A stretch of DNA of 64,000 nucleotides, taken from positions 290,681 to 354,680 of the IMG/VR virus record IMGVR_UViG_3300032236_000747; one strand, written 5' to 3'. Below are positions 9,599-20,579 of the stretch, piece by piece. The notes beneath the pieces are model-generated. The model was not told where the DNA came from and ran no database searches. It worked only from the letters and a program-made list of their open reading frames with translations. Position 1 is the first letter of the stretch. Each line of letters begins with the position of its first letter. Made by a program: the position numbers and the translations under genes.

Positions 9599-12500
9599 AT
9601 GGCCTTCATTCAGAAGTTATTCACAACACTACAAAACTACGATAATGGCGATACTCGTATTGGCGAGCTCAACCGTATTTGGTATGACTCTAATCGTAAT
9701 GCCTTCTACATATCTGACGGCCAAACAGAAGGCGGTATACTAATTGGTGGCGGTGGTGGTGGCGGAACTTACACACTATTAACAGCAACTACTACCCGCC
9801 TAGGTGGTGTTAGAATCGGTGCTGGTATTCAAGTTGATTATCGCGGTGTTATTAGTGTAAACACATCTACGCTAGCAGGACCACAAGGTCCTAAAGGCGA
9901 CACTGGTCCTAAAGGGGATACTGGAACACAAGGATCAGTTGGGGCTCAAGGCGATCCCGGTATAGGAGTTCCTGTCGGCGGCGTTGCTGGACAAGTGCTG
10001 GCTAAAATTGACGGTGTTGATTATAATACATATTGGGTTGATCAAACTGGTGGTACAGGTAATGGTAGCGTAATACAAAGTGATATAGCTCCTACTCCTG
10101 CAAATACTACGACTCTTTGGTATGATACAGTAGGCGGTCGTAGTTATGTGTATTATTACGGGGGTTGGGTTGACGCTAGCCCAGGAATAGGCGGGATACC
10201 TGGACCAAAAGGCGATACAGGTACGCAAGGACCTACTGGACTACAAGGAGACATAGGTCCAAAAGGTGATACAGGTACTCAGGGACTAATAGGTCCAATG
10301 GGTCCGAAAGGCGATACAGGTACTCGAGGCCTTACTGGTGATATAGGCCCAGTTGGACCAAAGGGAGATACCGGAACACAGGGATTGATAGGACCAACAG
10401 GACCTAAAGGGGACACTGGTACACAAGGTATTCAAGGACCGATTGGTCTAACTGGAAACACTGGAACACAGGGTATACAAGGAATTCCGGGCGAAGGCGT
10501 TCCGGTAGGCGGAACTGCCGGGCAAGTATTAACCAAGATTGACGGTGTTGATTACAATACACACTGGGTTGATGCTAATTTTTCTAGTTCAACTGCTACT
10601 GCTGGTGTAAGTGATATTACCGCAGGGACAGGAACTTATGTATCTGCTAATACAGGTTCAGTGAGCATCTGGGTTGATCCAAACGTAGTCGAAGGCACGG
10701 TAGCTCCTGCATCTACAGCTTCATTTTGGTATGATACTAATGTAGGTCGACTATTCATATATTATAATGGGTCTTGGATTGATGCTAGTCCGGGAACTAC
10801 TGGTATACCTGGTCCAAAGGGAGACACTGGAACTACTGGTCCAACTGGACTACAGGGAGATATTGGCCCTAAAGGTGATACCGGTACAGCAGCTACCCTA
10901 GTTATAGGAACAGTTACCTTAGGAACTTATACAAGTGTAATTAATGTAGGCGATCAATACAATGCTGTGTTTGACTTTGTATTACAGCAAGGACCTAAAG
11001 GTGATGCTGGGCTCAAAGGCGACACAGGAACCACAGGTGCAACTGGCGCACAAGGACCTAAAGGTGATACTGGCACCCAAGGAATACAAGGCATACAAGG
11101 TTTTCAGGGAATACAAGGCATTAAAGGTGATACTGGCACCACCGGAGCAACTGGTGCTACAGGCAGTGTTGGTCCAAAAGGTGATACCGGTACACAGGGT
11201 ATTCAAGGTATTCAGGGACCAAAAGGCGATACAGGAACTACCGGCGCACAAGGTATCCAAGGCATACAAGGTATCCAGGGCGTAACGGGTAGTACAGGTA
11301 CTCAAGGACCAAAAGGCGATACTGGCTCAATTGGCATAGCTACATTAAATTTAGGCACAGGTACATACGGCACACTAACATCGCAGACATTAAGTTTATG
11401 GATCGGCCAAGATGTTTCTGCTACAAGTAATGTAACATTTAACTCTGTGGCTATTAGTAATCTTGGTAGCATTTTATCATCTCAAGTAAACATTGATGCA
11501 TTTATTACAGTCTATACCTTAACTAATGTTGTTGACTATAGTTCTACTGCTACTTTGGCATCGGGTGTTTACGGTAACATCAATGGAGTTCAACCTCCGT
11601 GGACTGTATTTGATCTAAGTCCCGGACCTTCAGGTACTCCTGTAAGTACTATTGCTATTAACGATAAACTAACAGGTGCTGGTATTATTCCTAGTACCGT
11701 AGAAGATCGCGGCACCGGAACTTATGCATCTTATGTTATTGTTAATTTAGATCTAGCTGGCCTAGGACAGATACAACCTTTAGTTGGGGCGGCATTTAAC
11801 CTTGTACGCCCACTACAAAAAGCTGGCTTGGACATTACTACACAAAACAACACAGACATTTTCCTAAACAGCAATGGTCTAGGTGATGTACTAGTTAACA
11901 CCAACATTCTACCAGTTGCCACCAATGTAAGTAATTTAGGAAGTCCAGACTTTAGATGGAAGAGTTTGTATGTTGGCCCAGGTACTATCTATGTCTTAGA
12001 TGAAACATTAGGCAAAGATATTAGCATTGGCGCTCGTGACGGACTACTATATGTACAAAACGGTGCTGGGCTTGTAGTAGGTGAGTTTACTCTTATTGAC
12101 AATCAGATTAAGATTGCCAATCCCGATCGTGATATTATTATTGGAACTACTACTGCTACAGGTAGTGTAGTATTAAATCGTCCTATTAGAGTTAACACAC
12201 TAGCAGGACAAACTTCATTTAGTGTAGATAGACTAGGTCTAACTACAATCCACCCACTTATCTCAATGAGCTCTACTCAATCAGCATTGAATATTGTGGG
12301 CAACACTAGCGGACTACAGCAACCTCGTAATTTTAACGATACAATGTTGCAGATTACAGGTGCAGACAATACTGCTACTCGTGTAAGTTTAGATTCATTT
12401 GGTACAGGCACATATCCAGTTATTGCTGGTCGTCAAGCAGGCGGAACAGTAGCGTCTCCAAGTCAAACAAAATTAAACGATACGCTGTTAAGATTTAGTG

Positions 12501-15500
12501 CCCAGGGTTGGGGGACTACAGGATATGTAAGTACTATTGCTCGTATAAACATGCGAGCTCTACAAGATTTTACTGACACCGCCGCAGGCACAGGAATACG
12601 TTTTCAATTAACTCCTATAAACACAACTACAATACAAACTGTTACAGTAGACATCACTGCTACAGGTATAAGTTTTGTTGGTAACTCTATTGGCGGAATC
12701 ACATTCAGTAACAATGACAGACTAACTTACTTCCCAACACCTGTGGGACAAGCCGGCTTATATTTAAAGTCAGATGGTACTACAATGAGTTGGCAAACAG
12801 GAGGTGCTGGCGCCAAAGGTGATACCGGTACAGCAGCTACAATTACAATAGGTACTGTTACAGTTTCTACAACTACAGCAAGTGTAACCAATGTAGGTAA
12901 CTCTAGTAGTGCTATACTTAATTTTGTCTTACAACAAGGTCCACAAGGTATCCAGGGAGCTACCGGTAGCACAGGAACACAGGGACCCAAAGGCGATACA
13001 GGTACTACTGGCGCACAGGGCATACAAGGTATTCAAGGCATTCAGGGAGCAACCGGAACCAGTGCGACAGTTATGGTTGGACTAGTTACTACAGGTTCAA
13101 CAGCTCTAGTTACTAACACAGGAACAAGTGCTAACGCGGTACTTAACTTCCAAATTCCATGGATACCGGGCCCACAGGGCGCAACTGGTGCTACGGGAAG
13201 TACAGGTACACAAGGACCTAAAGGGGATACCGGAACACAGGGTATTCAAGGACCTATTGGGCCAACTGGAACATTTACAGGTAGTGTAGTTACTCTAGCA
13301 TCTGCTGATACTGCGGCACTGACTTATACATCATCAACTGGCATATTCTCATTCACTCCTAACAATGTCTATAAGACATTGTCTAGTTTAAGTGATGTTA
13401 ATGTTCCAGCACCCGGCAACAATCAAGTACTAACCTGGAGTACCGGCACTAATCGTTGGATTCCTACAACAGTAAACGGTGTTGGTGTTCCTATTACAGG
13501 TATTGCCTACTATGGTACATTCTACGACGTGGGCGCGGATCAAACAGCGCCACTGACAACCAGCAGTTATGTTGTAAGAATAGATCACACTGACGGTAGC
13601 AATGGCATCAGCATTGTTGACAATAATCAAATAACATTTGCCTACGGCGGAACTTATGAAGTAGAGTTTAGCATACAGTTCCAAAATACAGATACTAAAG
13701 ATGCCACTGTTAGTGTATGGTTTAGAAAGAACGGCGCAGACATAGCAGATTCAAACAGCATATTCACAGCGCCAAGTAAGCAAAACGGTAATGGATTCTT
13801 GATAGCAGTCACTCCGTTTATCGTCACAGTCAACGCCGGCGACTATGTACAGATTATGTGGTCAAGTGACAATACAGTAACCAAAATCGTCACAACAGCG
13901 GCTGGAACTACCCCAACTGTTCCACGCACACCGGGCGTTATTATCACAGTGGTGCCGGTTACCTCAGTGGTTATCCCAGGCACCGTTGAGAGTTTAACAG
14001 TAACGGGCAATGCCAGTGCCAATAACTTTATCTCAGCGTATCTGCCCATAGTGTCAAGTGGTACTACTACTGTGCTGTCTGTTACAAGTCCGCACTATAT
14101 ATCAGTAAGTGGTGTATCAACACAGACTATCAAACTGCCAAACGCTACCTTATTGACTGTAGGACAAAGTTACAAGATTGACAACAACTCAAGTGGCAAT
14201 GTTTACATACAAGATGCTACTGGTGCTCAGATTGGCGGTGCTCTGTTACCGGGTGCGGCCACTGAAGGTAGAGTTATTAATGTAGGTACAACAGCAGGCA
14301 CATGGGATGGTTGGAACTATGTTCCTGGCAATGTATCATTTGGCACAAGTCAGATGGTGTTTACTGGCGGGACCATTGTAGCCAGCACATTCACTGGTAG
14401 TTTAGTAGGTACTGCTACCACAGCAACCTACGCACAATCATTTAATACTGCGACTCTAGTAACTACTGCTGTTAGTGCTACTACTGCCACTAACGCTGGT
14501 TACGCATATTCATTTAATACAAACACAGTCGTAACTACAGCAGTTACAGCAACTAACGCTGGGTATGCCTACTCGTTCAACACATCAACCCTAGTATTGA
14601 AAGCAACTACAGCTACACTGGCACAAACTGTTACTGCGGCCGCACAGCCTGCTATCACAAGTGTAGGAACACTAACAAGTCTATCACTTCAGGGCAGTAT
14701 AACATTTAATGATGCCACTACACAATCTACAGCATGGACTGGTAGTACATATAGAATAATCAAAGTTGCTGACGGTTTTGGAGTAGGCCTACCATTCCAG
14801 TCTTATGTAACTGCTGATACCAGCACAGGCATTATTGTTTCCGCATTAACTGGTATTCCAGCAAGCCCTACATATAAAACTTGGACATTTGGGTTTGACG
14901 GAGTCTTAACATTCCCAGATAACTCAACACAAACAGTTGCGTGGAATACAAGCACAGCAGTTTATTATTCACAGATAAGGAATGCGCCTTCTACTACAGG
15001 CACAGCAGTATTCAATATTGTTAGTGCTACTAACATAACAGTTGGCGGAACAACAATACAAAACTTGTTTAGTGTATCAACAGCTACAGTGAGCAATACT
15101 GCTACTAGTCTTGTCTATAATACTAGCACCGGTGTTTATACATTTACACCATTTAGTCTAAACACCAGTACACTAATGGCTCGAGCTGTCACTGTTACAA
15201 GTTCAACACAAGCGGCTATTACCGCACTTGGTACATTAACGTCTCTATCAGTTAGCGGAGCATCAACAGTTAGTGGGCTTGCTACCTTTAACTATACAGG
15301 CGGTGGATCAACTTCAACTATTTCTGTCAGTGGGCAAAATAGCAAAGGTGGCGCACTATATCACGACTTCCTAAGTGCTACTAACGGGTTAGCCACTGCT
15401 ACCAATGCTACCAAATATTTCCGTCTAAACAACGTAGGCACCTTAGAAATATTGAATAGTGCTTATAATGCAACTGTATTCTCAGTAACTGATAACGGAT

Positions 15501-16525
15501 ATATTGCTATCAATGCGGCATCCGGTGTTTCAAACGGTTTGCCTGGTAATAATGCTATAGCGATGAATAACAACAGTTACATCTACGATGATGGTAACTA
15601 TCACCTTACAAGTAAGTCTGGTAGCATTTGGATCAATGCCAACGGTGGTAATGATGTTAATATAAACACACAAGTCCCTAGTGGTACTATGCCAGGCGGG
15701 TTGAATGTACAGGGTGCTATAACAAGTCAAGGCTCTGGTACAGCCGCTACATCGTTTATATCAGGTGTAAACGCATATAGTGGCGTAGCACTACAGCTGA
15801 CTCCAAACGGTACAGGTGCGGCAAACCAAGCTATTCGTGATACATCAAGTGCGGCAAGCACAATGTATTTTGACGTTAATACTGGTGGTAGTGCTCACGG
15901 CCAATTCCAATTTAGATCAAGCAATGCGTTTAGTCAACTCTTGGTTGTAAGTAATAGTGCCGTAACAGTTAACAGACAAATGTTGATAGGTGGTGGTAGT
16001 CAAGGCGCCTATGTTACTATTAACGGAACAAACACTTACAACATCAATGGGCCTTTTGGATACTTAAACGGTGGCGGCGCAGGCGCCATCAACAGCAGTG
16101 GATCAACGGGTAATCAAGGGTTTTCATTACAATGTAGTGGACGTATTCAAGCTAATGAAGTTGACGTTCCTTCAGACGAACGATTAAAAGACATACAGGG
16201 CACTATTCCTTTAGATAAGGCACTACAGTTTGTTCGAGCCGTAGATGGTATCTTGTATACTTGGAAGCCAGGATTTGGCGACAACGGATTAAAGTCAGGG
16301 TTTAATGCTCAAGGTGTATACAAAGCTGGATTTGATCATATGGTTGTTCCTGTGCCAAATGATCGTGTAGCGGGTTCAACTGATGCTGATGGATTTACAA
16401 GCCCAGATAAGTTCCAATTAAGTTTAAACTATCAAGAAGCTATCCCATATCATCACGAAGTTATCAAGCACTTGCTAGATCGTATTGAGCAGCTAGAAGC
16501 TACAGTAGCCAAGTTAACTAAATAA
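9599..16525 (+). CDS. Giant collagen-like tail fibre with C-terminal peptidase S74 intramolecular chaperone
   Basis: Several G-X-Y tracts (GPKGDTG repeats), duplicated modules, C-terminal SDERLKDI...GFNAQ...LNYQ and coiled coil. Confidence 0.9.
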   Translation: MAFIQKLFTTLQNYDNGDTRIGELNRIWYDSNRNAFYISDGQTEGGILIGGGGGGGTYTLLTATTTRLGGVRIGAGIQVDYRGVISVNTSTLAGPQGPKGDTGPKGDTGTQGSVGAQGDPGIGVPVGGVAGQVLAKIDGVDYNTYWVDQTGGTGNGSVIQSDIAPTPANTTTLWYDTVGGRSYVYYYGGWVDASPGIGGIPGPKGDTGTQGPTGLQGDIGPKGDTGTQGLIGPMGPKGDTGTRGLTGDIGPVGPKGDTGTQGLIGPTGPKGDTGTQGIQGPIGLTGNTGTQGIQGIPGEGVPVGGTAGQVLTKIDGVDYNTHWVDANFSSSTATAGVSDITAGTGTYVSANTGSVSIWVDPNVVEGTVAPASTASFWYDTNVGRLFIYYNGSWIDASPGTTGIPGPKGDTGTTGPTGLQGDIGPKGDTGTAATLVIGTVTLGTYTSVINVGDQYNAVFDFVLQQGPKGDAGLKGDTGTTGATGAQGPKGDTGTQGIQGIQGFQGIQGIKGDTGTTGATGATGSVGPKGDTGTQGIQGIQGPKGDTGTTGAQGIQGIQGIQGVTGSTGTQGPKGDTGSIGIATLNLGTGTYGTLTSQTLSLWIGQDVSATSNVTFNSVAISNLGSILSSQVNIDAFITVYTLTNVVDYSSTATLASGVYGNINGVQPPWTVFDLSPGPSGTPVSTIAINDKLTGAGIIPSTVEDRGTGTYASYVIVNLDLAGLGQIQPLVGAAFNLVRPLQKAGLDITTQNNTDIFLNSNGLGDVLVNTNILPVATNVSNLGSPDFRWKSLYVGPGTIYVLDETLGKDISIGARDGLLYVQNGAGLVVGEFTLIDNQIKIANPDRDIIIGTTTATGSVVLNRPIRVNTLAGQTSFSVDRLGLTTIHPLISMSSTQSALNIVGNTSGLQQPRNFNDTMLQITGADNTATRVSLDSFGTGTYPVIAGRQAGGTVASPSQTKLNDTLLRFSAQGWGTTGYVSTIARINMRALQDFTDTAAGTGIRFQLTPINTTTIQTVTVDITATGISFVGNSIGGITFSNNDRLTYFPTPVGQAGLYLKSDGTTMSWQTGGAGAKGDTGTAATITIGTVTVSTTTASVTNVGNSSSAILNFVLQQGPQGIQGATGSTGTQGPKGDTGTTGAQGIQGIQGIQGATGTSATVMVGLVTTGSTALVTNTGTSANAVLNFQIPWIPGPQGATGATGSTGTQGPKGDTGTQGIQGPIGPTGTFTGSVVTLASADTAALTYTSSTGIFSFTPNNVYKTLSSLSDVNVPAPGNNQVLTWSTGTNRWIPTTVNGVGVPITGIAYYGTFYDVGADQTAPLTTSSYVVRIDHTDGSNGISIVDNNQITFAYGGTYEVEFSIQFQNTDTKDATVSVWFRKNGADIADSNSIFTAPSKQNGNGFLIAVTPFIVTVNAGDYVQIMWSSDNTVTKIVTTAAGTTPTVPRTPGVIITVVPVTSVVIPGTVESLTVTGNASANNFISAYLPIVSSGTTTVLSVTSPHYISVSGVSTQTIKLPNATLLTVGQSYKIDNNSSGNVYIQDATGAQIGGALLPGAATEGRVINVGTTAGTWDGWNYVPGNVSFGTSQMVFTGGTIVASTFTGSLVGTATTATYAQSFNTATLVTTAVSATTATNAGYAYSFNTNTVVTTAVTATNAGYAYSFNTSTLVLKATTATLAQTVTAAAQPAITSVGTLTSLSLQGSITFNDATTQSTAWTGSTYRIIKVADGFGVGLPFQSYVTADTSTGIIVSALTGIPASPTYKTWTFGFDGVLTFPDNSTQTVAWNTSTAVYYSQIRNAPSTTGTAVFNIVSATNITVGGTTIQNLFSVSTATVSNTATSLVYNTSTGVYTFTPFSLNTSTLMARAVTVTSSTQAAITALGTLTSLSVSGASTVSGLATFNYTGGGSTSTISVSGQNSKGGALYHDFLSATNGLATATNATKYFRLNNVGTLEILNSAYNATVFSVTDNGYIAINAASGVSNGLPGNNAIAMNNNSYIYDDGNYHLTSKSGSIWINANGGNDVNINTQVPSGTMPGGLNVQGAITSQGSGTAATSFISGVNAYSGVALQLTPNGTGAANQAIRDTSSAASTMYFDVNTGGSAHGQFQFRSSNAFSQLLVVSNSAVTVNRQMLIGGGSQGAYVTINGTNTYNINGPFGYLNGGGAGAINSSGSTGNQGFSLQCSGRIQANEVDVPSDERLKDIQGTIPLDKALQFVRAVDGILYTWKPGFGDNGLKSGFNAQGVYKAGFDHMVVPVPNDRVAGSTDADGFTSPDKFQLSLNYQEAIPYHHEVIKHLLDRIEQLEATVAKLTK

Positions 16526-16549
16526 TATACTAACTTTTAAAGGTTTAAC

Positions 16550-17371
16550 ATGAAGAAGATTTTATTTGCACTATTGCTAGCAGCCACAAGCCTAGCACAC
16601 GCTTGGGACCAACGTGCCCCTAATCCAGTACAAGCCTGTGCTGTCCATAGCCCATATGGCTTTGCTCAAACAGCTCGTACAGCACAACCAATCTGCAGAG
16701 AGGCCTATCTAGTAGCATATGATGCACCAGTTAAAATTCCGGCTTATGTCGCTTATACACTACAGCCACAGAACGCACTTGGATGCTTTCCTCGCACTAA
16801 TGCTTTTGTCGCTGATCAGTCAATCACTGGTGGAGCTCGCCCTGACGACTACGCAGGAACAGGCTACGACAAAGGACACGCAGCCCCAGATGGAGATTTG
16901 TCTTGGTCTGCACAAGTAGAATACGAAAGTTTTTTAATGACAAACATGTATCCACAACACGGTTCTTTAAACAGGGGAATCTGGAAGTTGTTAGAGACAT
17001 CAGTCCGCGGATGGGCCGTCCAACTGAACCAACCATTTACTATATACGTTGGCGCTTTATATGGCGCTGGTGATCCTACTATTGGTAATGGCGTTATCGT
17101 TCCGCACGGTTTCTACAAGATTGTTATTAATAACACAACAGGTCAAGTTGCAGGCTGGATGTTCCCACATACCAAACCTTATGTTAATCTAGGCAACGAC
17201 CTAACCAAGTTCCGTGCTACTATAGCACAGATACAACAGCAAGCAGGAGTACAATATAAGTTTCCTGCCAAGGCTGTTGAACTACAACCTGGTCAAGAAT
17301 GGCCGGTCAACTTTGGCGCACTAACAAACGCTAAAAGAGCAAAGTGCGGCGCTAATGCATCCGCAGATTAA
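16550..17371 (+). CDS. Secreted DNA/RNA non-specific endonuclease (NucA/EndA beta-beta-alpha-metal family)
   Basis: Sec signal peptide MKKILFALLLAATSLAHA; YDKGHAAP and NMYPQHGSLNRGIWKLLE motifs. Confidence 0.9.
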   Translation: MKKILFALLLAATSLAHAWDQRAPNPVQACAVHSPYGFAQTARTAQPICREAYLVAYDAPVKIPAYVAYTLQPQNALGCFPRTNAFVADQSITGGARPDDYAGTGYDKGHAAPDGDLSWSAQVEYESFLMTNMYPQHGSLNRGIWKLLETSVRGWAVQLNQPFTIYVGALYGAGDPTIGNGVIVPHGFYKIVINNTTGQVAGWMFPHTKPYVNLGNDLTKFRATIAQIQQQAGVQYKFPAKAVELQPGQEWPVNFGALTNAKRAKCGANASAD

Positions 17372-17382
17372 GGAAATAAGAA

Positions 17383-17586
17383 ATGCAAGGTACAGTGAAG
17401 TGGTTTAATACCGTAAAAGGGTTTGGTTTTATCACACCCGAAACAGGCGGAGCGGATGTATTTGTACATTATTCGCAAATTCAAGCAGATGGCTATAAAA
17501 ACTTAAAAGAAGGACAACAAGTTCAGTTTGAGCTAGTTAGTACTCCAAAAGGCGATTTAGCAAATTCGGTTACTGTTGTCGGTTAA
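17383..17586 (+). CDS. cspA: Cold shock protein
   Basis: GTVKWFN..KGFGFI..DVFVHYS RNP1/RNP2 motifs. Confidence 0.95.
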   Translation: MQGTVKWFNTVKGFGFITPETGGADVFVHYSQIQADGYKNLKEGQQVQFELVSTPKGDLANSVTVVG

Positions 17587-17636
17587 AATAAATAAAGGAT
17601 ACACTTAAAACTGTATCCTTTACTATTTGCCACACA

Positions 17637-18473
17637 ATGAAAACATTCAAAGACTATCTTAGGGAAGCACAACAGGCCGCAGCAGCGGAACCTGAAGATG
17701 ATGAACCTCCTAAGAAAAGAACACAAACACAAGATCGTCCTAATACCAGTGCCTATGATAGAGCATTCGGACAACAAGGACAAGATCACCCCCTAGCACA
17801 AAATCCTGATCACAATCGCAGAGAACGTGAACCAGAACAGCCAGATGATCCTAGAGGCCGTCAATCTAGCAGAGATAATACTCGCAATAGAACAAGCGGT
17901 CTAAGCACACCGGGTATGTCGGATTTACTTGCTAACCTAAGAGATATAGAGCCACATCCAGATGATGTTCCTAATCCAGACCAAGAACCTAGACAAGACA
18001 TAGAACTAAGAGTAGACACAGAAAACCTACCATCGGTGGCAGGACAGGCTCTACAAGCTTCGGGTATTGTCAATCCAGAATGGCACAAGGTAGCTAACCT
18101 ACCAGGCAACATGAAACGTGCTATACAATCACTAGGTCGACATTTGTTTAGTAGCATGACAAGTACTCCTACAGAAGAAATACAAATGATTGCTAATCTA
18201 GGAGGACAAGGTCCTAACACTACAAGAGAAGTTAACTCTGTGGCTAACTGGATTCGTGAACACGGTGATGATCAAGGACCAGGCAACATAGATTTCGCAA
18301 CTAGCATCCCAGGATACAACGCAGAGATACATAACTATGTAGCAGCAGGAATACATTGGTTGTTGGTTAGAGATGAGTTTGGACAATACATTTATAGTTG
18401 GCCAGAGCAAGATTCTCTAGAGCATCGATCAGCTGCAAGACTAGGCAACGATAGACCAAGATTAGGTAGGTAA
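17637..18473 (+). CDS. Putative internal head protein
   Basis: N-terminus MKTFKDYLREA resembles the T4 internal protein capsid-targeting sequence. Confidence 0.6.
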   Translation: MKTFKDYLREAQQAAAAEPEDDEPPKKRTQTQDRPNTSAYDRAFGQQGQDHPLAQNPDHNRREREPEQPDDPRGRQSSRDNTRNRTSGLSTPGMSDLLANLRDIEPHPDDVPNPDQEPRQDIELRVDTENLPSVAGQALQASGIVNPEWHKVANLPGNMKRAIQSLGRHLFSSMTSTPTEEIQMIANLGGQGPNTTREVNSVANWIREHGDDQGPGNIDFATSIPGYNAEIHNYVAAGIHWLLVRDEFGQYIYSWPEQDSLEHRSAARLGNDRPRLGR

Positions 18474-18480
18474 ATATAAA

Positions 18481-19422
18481 ATGAGACCAGAACGATTAAG
18501 ATTATTTGCTCAACTAGCAGAGCAGTTAATGGAAGCTAGTACCGCCGGCGATTTAGTTAAGCGCCATCCAGGTGGTAATGAGATCATGCAGAAGTTGCAT
18601 AGAGATCTAGGACTACCACACAACGTAACATGGTCCGAACTAGGCATGGGAGAACGTTTCCATTGGACTCCGTTTAAAGAAACCAAGTTCGGTAGCTGGG
18701 TTATTGTTAAAGGACCAAAAGGCACAGGAGCCATTCAAGCTCAGAAAGGCGGCGGCGCATATCTAGGCATGGCTAGCACAGGTGGCCCTATTGAAACAAT
18801 CAGAGATGACCGTGGTGGTAACATTGTAGACTTTCTAGTAAGACATCTAGGCAAGGATCTAAGAAGATATAGCGGAGACACAGTAGGACCAGCGTCGACA
18901 TATCAACGAACTGATAATCCAAGACAAATGACATATCCTGAAAAAACAAAATACAGGAAAGATCTTAAAACACTGGGCGGTTCAAAGAAAACCATGGATG
19001 CTGATGCCATACTAAAAAGATTTAAACCTCTATGGAAATCTGGTGTAGTAAAAGCTATGGCTGACATTCAAGGTTTTGTTTCTCAACAAATCAAAGCAGG
19101 TGCCTATGCCAAAGCTGAAAGTAAAATTCAAAGATTAAAAAAACTTCAATCAATAATGAATATTTTAGACAATGATGAAGAACTACCACCATCAAATGAT
19201 TACAGTGATAGTAATATTCTTTCATCTGCTGTTAAGAGTGCTATTACTCTCGGAGCAGCGCACTACTATCCAGAGTTAACAGGTAATGTAACTAAAAACG
19301 GTTACTCTTATCGTGCAGGTAATGCTGAAGGTACACAAAAGTTATTACAAGATATCGCAGGAGGTGATACAAGTAAAATGTTTACAGTAGCACATTTCTT
19401 TAGAAGGAGTTTAATATCATGA
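18481..19422 (+). CDS. Hypothetical late protein, putative internal head protein
   Basis: LAE/LME motifs near N-terminus; TAAATA-N4-ATG. Confidence 0.55.
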   Translation: MRPERLRLFAQLAEQLMEASTAGDLVKRHPGGNEIMQKLHRDLGLPHNVTWSELGMGERFHWTPFKETKFGSWVIVKGPKGTGAIQAQKGGGAYLGMASTGGPIETIRDDRGGNIVDFLVRHLGKDLRRYSGDTVGPASTYQRTDNPRQMTYPEKTKYRKDLKTLGGSKKTMDADAILKRFKPLWKSGVVKAMADIQGFVSQQIKAGAYAKAESKIQRLKKLQSIMNILDNDEELPPSNDYSDSNILSSAVKSAITLGAAHYYPELTGNVTKNGYSYRAGNAEGTQKLLQDIAGGDTSKMFTVAHFFRRSLIS

Positions 19423-20459
19423 AGCTAGGACAGATTGTTACAGAAGCCAACATAGCCCTTAAGGTATTAAAAGACCCTAAACTACCTAAGCAGTTATACA
19501 TTGCTTTTACTCATGATAGTAGTCTTCCTGGAAACATTATTGCTAGACTAGGAACAAAGCCTACAGTAGAGCAAGTAGTTAAAGCATGGAGTGATCTAAT
19601 AGATAGTTCTCTAAGAGATAGTAACTACGGTGACCTAAGTTCTAATGGTAAGTTTGATGATTGGTTGTTAAGATTGTATATATCCGGTCAAGTTGATTAT
19701 GAAGATATCAACGGAGAAGCAGGAGATGCTCTTGGACTGTGGAGTGCCCTAAGCAGAAGAGGTAGACTTGATGTTAAAGATCAAGACTTCAACAAGTTTA
19801 AAGATATCCATAGCCTTAGAGCAGCAATGAATAAACCTCAGTATCGTGCTGAACTAGAAAGAATTAAAAACTCGGAAATTATTGAAAAACACAAGCGTGC
19901 TAGAAAAGAAGTTGTGTTAATCGACGATGACAGATTCCATGTTATTCTACCATTGAACTATGGTGCTTGTTATACATTTAATAACTCCGAAGGTATTCAA
20001 GCAAACTTCTGTACTGGAGGTAGTAACGGTCTACACTGGTTCCAGAACTATGCTCCTTATACACCTATTATCAGTATTCTAGATAAAACTAATATGAATA
20101 ATAAGTGGGGCAAATGGCAGTTACACGCATGGCCAGCTTTTGGTGCTGCCGGACAGTTAGTTAATGCTGAACAAAATAACAGAGGTGATCTACCGGGAAA
20201 TGATCGTAAGTTTGCTGAACTATTTCCGGGATTAATGAAGAGAATAGTAGCAGCTCTGGCAGAGAAGGGCCCTGAGATTGAACAACTCAGCGGTGAACCG
20301 GATTCTACAGGAACTACACTAATTCGCGGAGGCTACGATATACAAGACGCTATTTCTCGTATTAAACAAACTTTTCCAGCTAGCTATGCTTCGGAAGAGC
20401 CCGGAGCAGAAGAACCGGGCGCCGGCGAACCAGCACCAGGCGGCGAAGAGTTGTACTAA
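19419..20459 (+). CDS. Hypothetical late protein, putative internal head protein
   Basis: MKLGQIVTEA N-terminus; ATGA overlap with upstream gene. Confidence 0.55.
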   Translation: MKLGQIVTEANIALKVLKDPKLPKQLYIAFTHDSSLPGNIIARLGTKPTVEQVVKAWSDLIDSSLRDSNYGDLSSNGKFDDWLLRLYISGQVDYEDINGEAGDALGLWSALSRRGRLDVKDQDFNKFKDIHSLRAAMNKPQYRAELERIKNSEIIEKHKRARKEVVLIDDDRFHVILPLNYGACYTFNNSEGIQANFCTGGSNGLHWFQNYAPYTPIISILDKTNMNNKWGKWQLHAWPAFGAAGQLVNAEQNNRGDLPGNDRKFAELFPGLMKRIVAALAEKGPEIEQLSGEPDSTGTTLIRGGYDIQDAISRIKQTFPASYASEEPGAEEPGAGEPAPGGEELY

Positions 20460-20460
20460 A

Positions 20461-20565
20461 CCCACCTTAGGGCCGTTGTCGCTAACGGTTAGGACGAAAG
20501 TCCAGGCGTCACAAGGCGGCTGCTGCCGACCACATTACTTACGCCAGAGTATTGTGATAAGTGAG
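20461..20565 (+). ncRNA. Candidate structured RNA of unknown class
   Basis: GC-rich intergenic stretch; stems CCGTT/AACGG, GGAC-GAAA-GTCC, GGCGT/ACGCC, CGGC/GCCG; possible pseudoknot TCACAA/TTGTGA. Confidence 0.55.
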
Positions 20566-20579
20566 CAATAAATACTATT

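Noticed and set aside
20490-20510. GACGAAAGTCCAGGC resembles RNase P CR-I or a hammerhead core
   Set aside because: It forms a self-contained GGAC-GAAA-GTCC hairpin; no RNase P CR-V partner and no CUGAUGA core nearby
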